A DNA stretch of 64,000 nt from Trypanosoma brucei (lineage: Eukaryota), in NCBI GenBank assembly GCA_000002445.1, contig CM000208.1:896001-960000 (forward strand), read 5' to 3'. The notes under the pieces were generated by a model, which was given only the letters and a program-made list of their open reading frames with translations, was not told where the DNA came from and did no database searches. The translations under genes and the position numbers were made by a program. Shown here one piece after another: positions 1 through 9,300 of this stretch. Numbering within the stretch: position 1 is the first letter of the stretch; each line of letters begins with the position of its first letter.

Positions 1-237
1 GCCTTAAAGCGTGGTGGTAGAAACCCAAGGCATCCGGTACGCCTACACCACCCATCGTTGGTATCGCGAACGAAGCGCTGCAGGCGAGTCCCCGCCAGAG
101 GCCGTAAAAGGACGCTCAACACGCGTTAATTCTTCTTCTGTTTCCAGTTCATCAGAAGAAATTATTCGGAGAAGGGGCACCGACAACGACACCATCCAAC
201 CAACCAAAGGTGCATAGCGGATGGTAAGGTGTGGAAG

Positions 238-2121
238 ATGCGTATGATAGACAGTGAAGATGTGGCATTTTTTTTCGCCGTCATGACATGGAATCCCGAA
301 CTTCTAGAGATCATGCTGGAGAAAGCACCAAACCCTCTGTATGTGGAGCGGGCAGCTGCAACTGAAGCGGCTCGCTTTGCAGCTGCATATCCCCTACCGG
401 AGGAGACATCAAAACCGGTGGTTTCAAGATGCCGACCGTCTGCAAGGAGGCAAAGGAGGGCGCGTAAAACAAAGCGGGGCTGCGGAGTGCGATTGTCTAT
501 TCCATGTGCGTTCTTTTGTGAATATGAAGCCCCCGATTTTGATGAAGAGGACGATTTTTACTGTGAAGATGATGAGCATGCAATGCAAGAAAAAAAAGGC
601 GAGGGAGACCCTGATTCCTCAGTCGCGGAAGTTGAGCACGACCACGAACCGGACCCAAACTCATATTCCCCTGTTGAAGGCTGGGGGAGAAATGCTGGGA
701 ACTGCATTGGAAGGGTTGTATCGGACTCAGTGGACAGTGGCGACAAACCCTTGGGGTACAGCATGCGTGACTTTCTGCAAATCTTCTTTCAAAGCTTTCT
801 GATCGTTTCGTTGTCTCAAGTGCAATCTCAGCGCGTCCAAAATGAGTTTCCGCTATCGCTTTCACCTCTAGAGCGAAAGGCTTGTGAAATTGTTCATCGC
901 TACAAAGATCCTTTCAAAGAAATTCTCCGAAAGTACGTCATAAGCGGAGATTGCGAAGTTGAGCGGCACGGGGCTCAGCCATTATTTGTGGATGGGTTTT
1001 GTATTAAAGCAGTCCAGCACGAGGAGGGTGAAAAATGGGCACCGCCACACGAGCAGCTCTTTATTGCTGGTAAGGATCCTGTCTACCAGCCGCTGTTGAT
1101 GGAAATGCTTGGTATTACACGAGTGGTTCAGTGCTATGCAGAAAAAGGGGCAAATTACCCTGCAACCCTGCATGCTTGTGCCACTGCAGTTGGTCAAGCA
1201 GCCTCCGGGAACCGCGACAGAACGGTTCACACGATGCAAAGTTGGCATCGTTTACTAACACAGCATCCCAAACTGAGTAAATCTAGTGATGGCGGCACTG
1301 ACATCGCAACTGCTAATGAAGATTTTGATCTGCCTTGTCCGTCTGAAGAAGAATGGGAGAAACTCCAAGGAGACATCTCCCGGTGCGTCACTCCACTGCA
1401 GTGGAAAACTTACACAGTGTTTGGTCCATACCTTGTTTTCTCGGCAACGTTACCATTCAGCAACGGTTGTGTGACAAAGCTTGTCGTCCCAGCAGAGGAT
1501 AAGGATACATACGACCTCTCCGTGCACTTCCAGGAAGGCGTTTTTAGGTACATCCACGGGACTCCACTCTTTCCCGTTGATGTCGGCCCAGCACTGGTGC
1601 CTAAAGAAAGAACAAGAATGGAAGATCAGAGGAGTCCCTTGTTGGCAAAGTCATGCCTGTTGCATTGTTCTGCCGGTATGCACCGTTCCAGTGCTTTAGT
1701 CATTGGCTATCTCCTATGGCTTGTGGCACTTTCTGGTGGGAAGTTGCCCATGGAGGGCAAACCAACTCTTGCGTTTGTGCCTGGACGTTATGCATCGTAT
1801 ACTCATCGTCAAGGAAGCGTATTTGCCGAATCTTACCTTACCGTCGTTCTCCGCAGCCAGCAGCGTGGATCATTTCCTACAGAGGAAGTAAGTGCCTCGC
1901 CGATGCATGCGGGCGCCGCTGTCGTATCGGTTGCACCGACGCAAGAGCCAGAGCGTGAGATACAGGAGGAGGATGTCCGTGCTAAAGCCCAGTTGAGCGA
2001 CGAGAAATCAATCTTACACTATTGTGCTGATCATGTACGACAGCAGCGTTCCATGGCAGTCCCTATTGCCACCGCTTTACAACAACTTCACCGTTATGCC
2101 CGCCATTTGCACTTAGCGTAG
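238..2121 (+). CDS. Dual-specificity protein phosphatase-like protein (about 628 aa). It has a roughly 280-aa N-terminal extension carrying an acidic/Cys-rich stretch.
   Basis: Long ORF. The track start at 229 is GTG; the first in-frame ATG is 238. The catalytic P-loop HCSAGMHRS (HCxxGxxRS, the CX5R signature) is encoded at 1663-1689. Upstream DSP-type motifs are LFIAGKDP and GITRVVQC. Confidence 0.7.
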   Translation: MRMIDSEDVAFFFAVMTWNPELLEIMLEKAPNPLYVERAAATEAARFAAAYPLPEETSKPVVSRCRPSARRQRRARKTKRGCGVRLSIPCAFFCEYEAPDFDEEDDFYCEDDEHAMQEKKGEGDPDSSVAEVEHDHEPDPNSYSPVEGWGRNAGNCIGRVVSDSVDSGDKPLGYSMRDFLQIFFQSFLIVSLSQVQSQRVQNEFPLSLSPLERKACEIVHRYKDPFKEILRKYVISGDCEVERHGAQPLFVDGFCIKAVQHEEGEKWAPPHEQLFIAGKDPVYQPLLMEMLGITRVVQCYAEKGANYPATLHACATAVGQAASGNRDRTVHTMQSWHRLLTQHPKLSKSSDGGTDIATANEDFDLPCPSEEEWEKLQGDISRCVTPLQWKTYTVFGPYLVFSATLPFSNGCVTKLVVPAEDKDTYDLSVHFQEGVFRYIHGTPLFPVDVGPALVPKERTRMEDQRSPLLAKSCLLHCSAGMHRSSALVIGYLLWLVALSGGKLPMEGKPTLAFVPGRYASYTHRQGSVFAESYLTVVLRSQQRGSFPTEEVSASPMHAGAAVVSVAPTQEPEREIQEEDVRAKAQLSDEKSILHYCADHVRQQRSMAVPIATALQQLHRYARHLHLA

Positions 2122-2805
2122 CAACTGATGTTTGGTGGCATAGAGAAATGTGATAAGGAGAAGTGTTGTGATTAGGTGATGGACGTCGCAGGACGACACT
2201 TCAGCTTTTTCGTTATGTGGTCATCCCTCCTTCCACAAAAGCTGGATGACGTTGTCTCCCCCGTTTTGCGATCAATTTTATGTTATGATGTATATGTGAA
2301 GCATTTTCTTCCGGGAGGAATGAAAGCCTCACATGCAGTTCATGTGTAGGTCAACTTTTAACGAATACATTACCTGCTTGAAAAAAAGTGGGGAAGGGTC
2401 TGCTCCACAGTAGCGGTGACCGTAAAAGGTCGATGCTGCCCACGTTTCTGCGCTGTGACTCCGAGGCAATCGGCGTCTCTACAAACGAAGGATGCTGAGA
2501 AACAAACGGCGAATGCATAACTGCGGTGGAAGTTACAAGTACAATATTCTTGGTGTTGGTGCGGATGAGGTTATCAACACTTTTACTGTTGTATACATAT
2601 TTTTCGGACGCGTGGACGTTTCATCGATTGGCTGCGAAGTTGCTTGCTGAATTATTTTAAATAATTTTGGCCCCATCTCTAGTTTTCATTTGTTTTCATC
2701 CCGTTAAAGTACTCATTAAATCAGTGAGTAACCCCTTAAGCGAGAGACTCTTCCTTTTACTTTTTGTTTTTGATTAGTTCTCGTGAATTTCACATAGCAG
2801 TTCGC

Positions 2806-5442
2806 ATGGGGCGTGATAGTCGCGGAGACCGATACGGTCGCAGGGACGATGTTGTTGACCCTCATGGCGGTTCCCGGGGCGGTGGTGAGGCGTCTTCATC
2901 TCGCTACAGTCGCTATGCAAGGACGAAACGCTCGCGATCTCCCCGTGGAGGTCGCCGGAATTCAAGTGAAGAGCGAAAACACCGACGGCGCCGCAGCGAG
3001 AGTGTCAGTCGGCAGCGCCGGCGTCGCGAGGTGAGCGGGGACAGTGGGAAGAAGGGCCACCGCCGCTCACGTTCACGCTCACGGTCGCGCTCACGGTCCA
3101 AACCGTCTTCCAGGCGAAAGGAGGGAGGGGAGCTCTCGCGTTTCAAAACGGTAGACGTAAATGAGCTTCTGCAGTCTCCCACTCCCGATCCATCTGCTGT
3201 TCCTAGCAACTCCTTACAAACTCAAATATTATTCCAGTTACTGCAGCAGCAGCAGCAGCATGCCGGTTTATTGAGTGATCCGTTACCAGCGGCAGTGGCG
3301 ATTCCTCCGGTTGAAACAACACCAATGATCAGCGTTGGCACAGTTGCCGGTGCTGTGCAGTCGGCGTATCCGTTGCAAACAGACGGGGAAGTCCCTCAGG
3401 AAACACTTATTGATCAACCGGCGCCAGCGAAAGTACTTCCATCTGTCGCGGATTTTGTCCCCGTCATCCCGAAGAGCTTAGTTGGGCTGCTGACCACCCC
3501 AGCAACCGGTAGTAACGTTGAATCCGGCGGCGCCGACGTTTCCGCGGCAAGCGGTGGAGGAGCGAATGGTGGTACGTGCGGTGTGTTGACAACGGCAACT
3601 GGGGCGCTCGCAGTCTTGCAAGCACCAAAACTTTCCCCAGAGGCGGAGCGCCGGGCACGTGAGGCAAGGCGGGCCCACATTTCGTGCTTCCCACGAGGCA
3701 CGACGCAACAGGAACTTCTGGACTACTTCAGGACCATCATACCGATAGTTCGCCGCATTCGAGTGCAGCGTGAAATGGACCGGTTAACCGAAGAAGCGCG
3801 TGCAAAGCTTGGGAACGACGCGGAGGCGGAAAATATTGAGCGTCGTGAGATACCACCCAACGCTGTGATTGATGTTGACCGTGTAATTGATCTAGCAGTA
3901 AATAGCGCAAAGTCAAAACCCTTTGGATTTTTGGAAGTCAGTCTTGCTGATCTTGTGACAGAATTGGTTGAAGAATCCGTGCGGGACCCGGATCGCTTTA
4001 CCTTTGTTGCTGCTGATGGAAAACCGTACCCTATCACCATCCGTCGTCCACGAGACTACCAGGAGCTTCCAGGAGTAGATCACCGAAAGGTTGTGATGCT
4101 TGGTTTCCCACCAACGCTCCCTCTGGAAAAATTGCGGCTCGTGTTTGAGCAGTTTGGACAACTGCTTGCGTTTGATGTGAAGGAGGGTATGGCCTATGGT
4201 GAATTCGAGAAGGAAGAAGATGCCGTTGAGTGTGTCCGTGATTTGCAAGGAGAGGTGTTGGGTAACCGAGTGGTTGTGCTAATGCCGCTTTATGATTGGC
4301 TTAAAGTTGTTTGTACTCATGCCGACATTGATGTTTCACTTGACCCCGACGACCCTGTAGCAGGGACGTCGCTTTTGGCTAAAACAAACCAAAACGATGG
4401 TGCCATCGTACCGCTGCTTGCTGAAGATGTGGAAAAGAAGGAGGAACCCGTAGACCACATGAAAGAGCTACTGGAGCTTACGGTCCACCTGCCAGACGTG
4501 ATTCTGCACTTTTCGAAGACGTTTCCACATCTTAGGTCACTGTACGGTAGCACAGTACCGATTTTCCCCACCCGTATCCTTGTGTTAATGAATCTGTTTG
4601 ATGAAGAGGAACTGGTGTTGGATGAGACGTACGAACGACTTGTGGAAGAAGTCTCCGAAGAGGTAGAAAAACACGGGCGCGTAAAATCTTTAATCATTCC
4701 TCGGAGGACACCCCCTCCACTCCCGCCCAAACTTCCAAAAAATGTTTTGGCTTCGCGAACGGGTGCTACAAAGAATTCGGAAATGGGACAACCCAAGCAC
4801 TCGCAGAACGACGATTCTGATGGTAGTAGAAAAGACTATGAATTCGCTGCTGATCCTACCGCGCCACCCATGCCTTCAAATATTTCTGTTGGGCGTGAGG
4901 ATGTCCAATCGTTTCGCGGCGATAATGACGGAATCAAACATGATCAAGGAGACGGAAGTAATTTAAATACTAACAATGACAGTATTAATGATGATGAAGA
5001 TGAGGAAGCGAAGTATGAGCGCGAGAAAGCGGAGTATCTCAAGGCGCGGGAAGCTTACACAGAGAACATACTGCACCCAATTCACGGCGGATTAGGCCGT
5101 GTTTTTGTGGAGTATGAGTCGGTGGATGAGGCAGCCATTGCTCAACGGGAGATTGCTGGTCGGTTGTTTGGAGGCCGCACCGTTGTAACGTCTTTCATGT
5201 TTGAAGATGTACTATATCCACCAACCACTGAGGAAGAGGAAGCGCGGGCTGAAGAGAAAGTACAGCTCTACTTGGAGTCAATCGGAGCGGGGGATGGTGA
5301 TGAAGGCGAAAATGTTGGCAACGGTGAGGCGCAACCGCATGGAGGTACCGAAGATGGGACGCAGACAGGTGCCTTTGAGGAGGGCCAAAACTTGCCTTTG
5401 AAAACGGAAGGTGATGACGGTATCGCAGGTATTGACGGTTAA
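2806..5442 (+). CDS. U2AF65: U2AF65-like pre-mRNA splicing factor with an N-terminal Arg/Ser (RS) domain, RRM-type domains and a C-terminal U2AF-homology motif.
   Basis: The track start at 2764 is TTG; the first ATG is 2806, preceded by a polypyrimidine tract. The protein has an RSRSRSRSRS run and RRRSESVSRQRRRR. The C-terminal block GRVFVEYESVDEAAIAQREIAGRLFGGRTVVTSFMFEDVLY closely parallels the U2AF65 RRM3/UHM (KVFVEF...GRKFANRVVVTKY). Confidence 0.7.
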   Translation: MGRDSRGDRYGRRDDVVDPHGGSRGGGEASSSRYSRYARTKRSRSPRGGRRNSSEERKHRRRRSESVSRQRRRREVSGDSGKKGHRRSRSRSRSRSRSKPSSRRKEGGELSRFKTVDVNELLQSPTPDPSAVPSNSLQTQILFQLLQQQQQHAGLLSDPLPAAVAIPPVETTPMISVGTVAGAVQSAYPLQTDGEVPQETLIDQPAPAKVLPSVADFVPVIPKSLVGLLTTPATGSNVESGGADVSAASGGGANGGTCGVLTTATGALAVLQAPKLSPEAERRAREARRAHISCFPRGTTQQELLDYFRTIIPIVRRIRVQREMDRLTEEARAKLGNDAEAENIERREIPPNAVIDVDRVIDLAVNSAKSKPFGFLEVSLADLVTELVEESVRDPDRFTFVAADGKPYPITIRRPRDYQELPGVDHRKVVMLGFPPTLPLEKLRLVFEQFGQLLAFDVKEGMAYGEFEKEEDAVECVRDLQGEVLGNRVVVLMPLYDWLKVVCTHADIDVSLDPDDPVAGTSLLAKTNQNDGAIVPLLAEDVEKKEEPVDHMKELLELTVHLPDVILHFSKTFPHLRSLYGSTVPIFPTRILVLMNLFDEEELVLDETYERLVEEVSEEVEKHGRVKSLIIPRRTPPPLPPKLPKNVLASRTGATKNSEMGQPKHSQNDDSDGSRKDYEFAADPTAPPMPSNISVGREDVQSFRGDNDGIKHDQGDGSNLNTNNDSINDDEDEEAKYEREKAEYLKAREAYTENILHPIHGGLGRVFVEYESVDEAAIAQREIAGRLFGGRTVVTSFMFEDVLYPPTTEEEEARAEEKVQLYLESIGAGDGDEGENVGNGEAQPHGGTEDGTQTGAFEEGQNLPLKTEGDDGIAGIDG

Positions 5443-6302
5443 ATTCTTTTACTTTGAGTGCTACCAGTTCATTTATGTGGTTCTTTGTCTTGGAAGAATT
5501 ACATTTCGGCACTTCTAACCTTTGTAGTGCTCAGGGATTAGAAAAATTGAAAAAGTCACCGTAGCATTTATCTGTGCTTGTGTGCATACTGCGAATGACG
5601 TAGGGAAAACAAACGCTGCTGTGGAATCCACGTACTGCATGTAGTGCGATGGAAAGGTGGTGCTTAACGAAGTTCAGACGGTATTGAATGGGCTGAACAT
5701 TCTTCGATGTGGGGCCACTGTGGCGGCGGTGCGGAGATCATGAAGTTTTGGTGGCATAAGGGAGACTTTACACCTTTCTCGGCCGTTGATGATGGGTTAA
5801 AGCGCAACTTAGCCGGAAGCGATTGGGAAAAGGTTATTGCCGGTAGTTCCCCAAATAACCTTCTACTTGGCTGTATGCCACACACACACACCATACAAAC
5901 TTTGTGAGAACCCTTTTGACTGTCAGTACTCCTCCTCTTTCTACATGCTCTATGGGATTATTCTTCCTCTTATTTGCAGATGATCTAGCGCACTGTTTTC
6001 TGTTCTCGGTGCATCTAGGCGGGGATAATATCACAAATGCAGCTCTCTCCGTACATATGGATTACCTTGAAGTACGTACACTGTTTTAACGGGAGAGTTA
6101 GGGGCAACATCTTTCATATTTTCTTTTGTCAATAGGTAGTTGAGGGGCGTCAGTACTTTGTTGTTCCGAAGGTTAATGGTTTCTCTTTCATTCACCCCAA
6201 CCCCTCACTATTTAATATTTTTGTTTACTCTCTCTTATGTAAGGTACTTGCATTTGTTTGAATTTATGCATTACCGCTGCCGCTGCCAACTCCATTCGTT
6301 AA

Positions 6303-6333
6303 CTTTTCTCTTTTTTTTTTTCTCTCTCTCTCT
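6303..6333 (+). promoter_or_regulatory. Polypyrimidine tract, a trans-splicing/polyadenylation signal, upstream of the 1802-aa ORF.
   Basis: ttttctctttttttttttctctctctctctg lies 60 nt before ATG 6396. Confidence 0.5.
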
Positions 6334-6395
6334 GCATTGAACCGGCACTTTTAATTTACAATGAGCAGTGAAAAAGTGACTGTTGGAGGGAGTAT

Positions 6396-9300
6396 ATGCT
6401 GTTTACTTGCAGTTCACGTCGTTTAGTCGGAAGGACTCTCACACTGTACCTTCTGCGGCGTAACTGTAGTGCATTAACCGCTTCTGTTTCCCGCACCGTT
6501 CCAAGTGATGAAAGTGTAGCCACCAGCGGAGGCCGCATCGTCAGCGCCGCACCCGCGCCAAATTTGGCGCGCAAGGAAACTCAGCGGAAACAAGTAAGGC
6601 GTTCCAAACCATCTACAGCAGCAACCGCCAAAGGGGAATCTACTGGAGAAGAAGGGACTGAGTCTGTGGAGCATATATTATCTCTAGTGTCTGCGTCGCA
6701 AGTAAGGGCTTGCATTGAAAGCCATGAACCAGAAGTATCCAGTTCTTTTGCTGCGTCGCCACAAACACCAGTAACTCAAGCGTTACAATTACATCGGCGA
6801 CTCGCCAGTGAGAAACAGCAACCACACATAGGTATCGGAGAGACTACTGTCTCAAGTTCCGCTAGCATTGCGTCTGAACGAGTGGAGCGTCGGCGGAAAA
6901 AATGGACGGTGGCAGAGTCGGAGTTTGATGCTGGGATAACGGAGCGGTTGCTTCCAGAAATACGCAGACTGGCAGCACTGCACGAATTACATTATGGAGA
7001 CGCGGTCATGCGTGAGGTGGATTCTTCCACATATTTTGCTTCGTTGGGAGGTGCCACCGCGTCCGTAGCTGATATGCGGGCAGATGACGACATCAACGAT
7101 GCCGACTTGACCGATGATGAATTCCTGAAGTTCGAGGCGGAGCAGGTAGAAGTTGCGGGTGGCCCGGTGTTGTATAACACCTCTTCAAGCGGGATTATTG
7201 AGAAGTGTCAGAAGAAGGAAGAAATAACAAATGCAGCAAACGACGAAGAAAAGGTGTGTGCTCACAGTCTTCAAACACCTTGGTTTGTTCCAGCCGGTGG
7301 TGTTGTTCGGCTGGAGCCATTACCCCCGGAAGATGTGTTGTGTCTTTTGAAGTTTCTCATGCATCTACGGCAACAAACCCTTGATCAGCTCCCCGTGCCT
7401 CTTCAGGCGAAAGTGAGCGCAACTGAGCGGGTACTTCGCTCGGTACATCAGGAAGAGAAGTCGAAGGAGATCCCAATCGTTCCGAGAGCAGTAGCAGATG
7501 GTGGTACTACGTGTATTTCCTTTGAAGATGTCATGGTTTACCTTGACAAAGCGCCATCTCCGATCCTTGGCTTCACAGAAAACCTTCCACCAGGTGAGAG
7601 CCCTGCGTTTGTGTTTGTTCTATACACAGAGAACGTCTCACTTCAAAACGCCATAGGACACATGTCAGCACTTTTTGAGATACCTCAGCGTGCCTTCCTT
7701 ACGTGCACAGCTGTGTCCAAAATGTCATGTGGTGCAGTGCTGTGTGCGGTAACCCCCAACCAAGTGCGGCGAGAGCACTTGCTTCTGCTGAACACAATGC
7801 GTCACCCTGGCTTTGTGATCCGTGTTGGTTCCATACAAGAGGTGAAGGATGCGGAACGAATAGCAAGCCTGTTTGGTGACCTTGCGCGTTGGCAGCCACT
7901 CCACGAAGTGGAAGTACTGCTTCGACGTGTGAGTTGTCGCAGTCGGCAAGAGCTTGAGCACCGCCTACGCGCCATAAAAGAGGTGGGTGCTGTGTTCTTT
8001 TGCTCCAACCGTGAGGCCTCTTTAGTACGGGCGGCGACAGATTTGCTTCATGGATTTTATAGGTCCGCTCTACTGAGTGCGCTGCACCGCCGTCACGCAC
8101 CACTAGAACTTCGGCAATTCATTAAGCGCCCAAATGTTATCACTGCAGCTCGCGCCCGTCGCGCTTCGACGGATCCAACAATTCGTCAGGCACTGAAAAA
8201 CTACGAGTTAACACAGGGGAACTGGGAACAGACAGTGGCGAGGATACCTTACGTTTGGCGTAGACGCTGGTTAAATGCTCTGCGAAGCTCTGTCTGGAAC
8301 GTTATGGCGTCTCGGCGATTGTCACTTGATGGTGCGTCACGGCGAGTCATTCCTGGGGATATCGTTTTCCGCCCGGAATATCGTGCTGATGTCCATCACC
8401 GCATGATCCCAACAGTGAAGGCAGAGCACGTGATGGTCGTTCGTGACGAAGAGGAAGCAGCACTCTGTAGTGTCGAAGATATATGTATTCCTTTCCTTAG
8501 GGGGACCTACCCACCTGAACTGTTTGCACCTGAGGAAACAAAGCATCCGATTATGACAAATACGAGCATGCTAGCAATTCTTCGGGAGTTGCATGCACCT
8601 CAACTACTTCTGGGTATGAATGATGCTTGTCGTCAGTTGATGGACATCCGTTGTGATTGTGCACCTCTCCTTTTCCGTCGCCTTATAATCAGACCCATTG
8701 CGGTGTCGTTCACAGTGCTGGAGGATAAACCTCCGGTGAAGTCCGTGCACTTCGACGCCGCTCGATTGCTGTTAAACGACAGGTTAATGCATCAGAATGC
8801 TCTTCGTCGCAACCCTTTGCAGAAATCAGATCCTTCGAAACGGTGTGGAGTCGGTGCTGACGGCGAAGCTAGTCTTCCATCCTGTTCTTCTTTAGCTAAC
8901 CAGGATGTGGTGCTGGACCAAACGACCATCGGTGCGCGTCTGATGTCGGGTGTTCTTGCCGAAGAATTCTTTACGACACCAGATCGCAGTGATTACGTGA
9001 CACTCGGCCACGTCACGCGCAAGCTGCACGGTAACTTTGTAGCTGCCGCTCCGCAAACACCCGAAGATGCGCTAGGAACTGTTGATCGCCTTTACAGTGT
9101 TCATATACATGCAGTTTTGCGCTACGGGGTGGGGGCTATGTCTCAGTTGCTTCGGGAATATTTTATTTTAGGAGGTGTTGAGGCTGAGAGCGATAGTGCG
9201 CTACAACACAAGGTGCACCGTATGCGCCGCGAACTTGACAATGAAACACAGTATTTAACTGCACCAACATTTTGCACCGCGTGCTACTCTCGCTGTCATG

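Noticed and set aside
1-217. Short ORFs at the extreme left edge. These are the track ORF at 11-217 and an Arg-rich open frame from 1 to 129.
   Set aside because: Both are too short, and the 11-217 ORF begins at GTG just after an in-frame stop. The frame-1 stretch could be the last 43 codons of an off-window upstream gene, but that cannot be supported from this window alone.
3060-3105. Hexanucleotide-like repeat cgctcacggtcg within a CDS.
   Set aside because: It is the DNA encoding the RSRSRSRSRS dipeptide repeat of the RS domain, not an independent repeat element.
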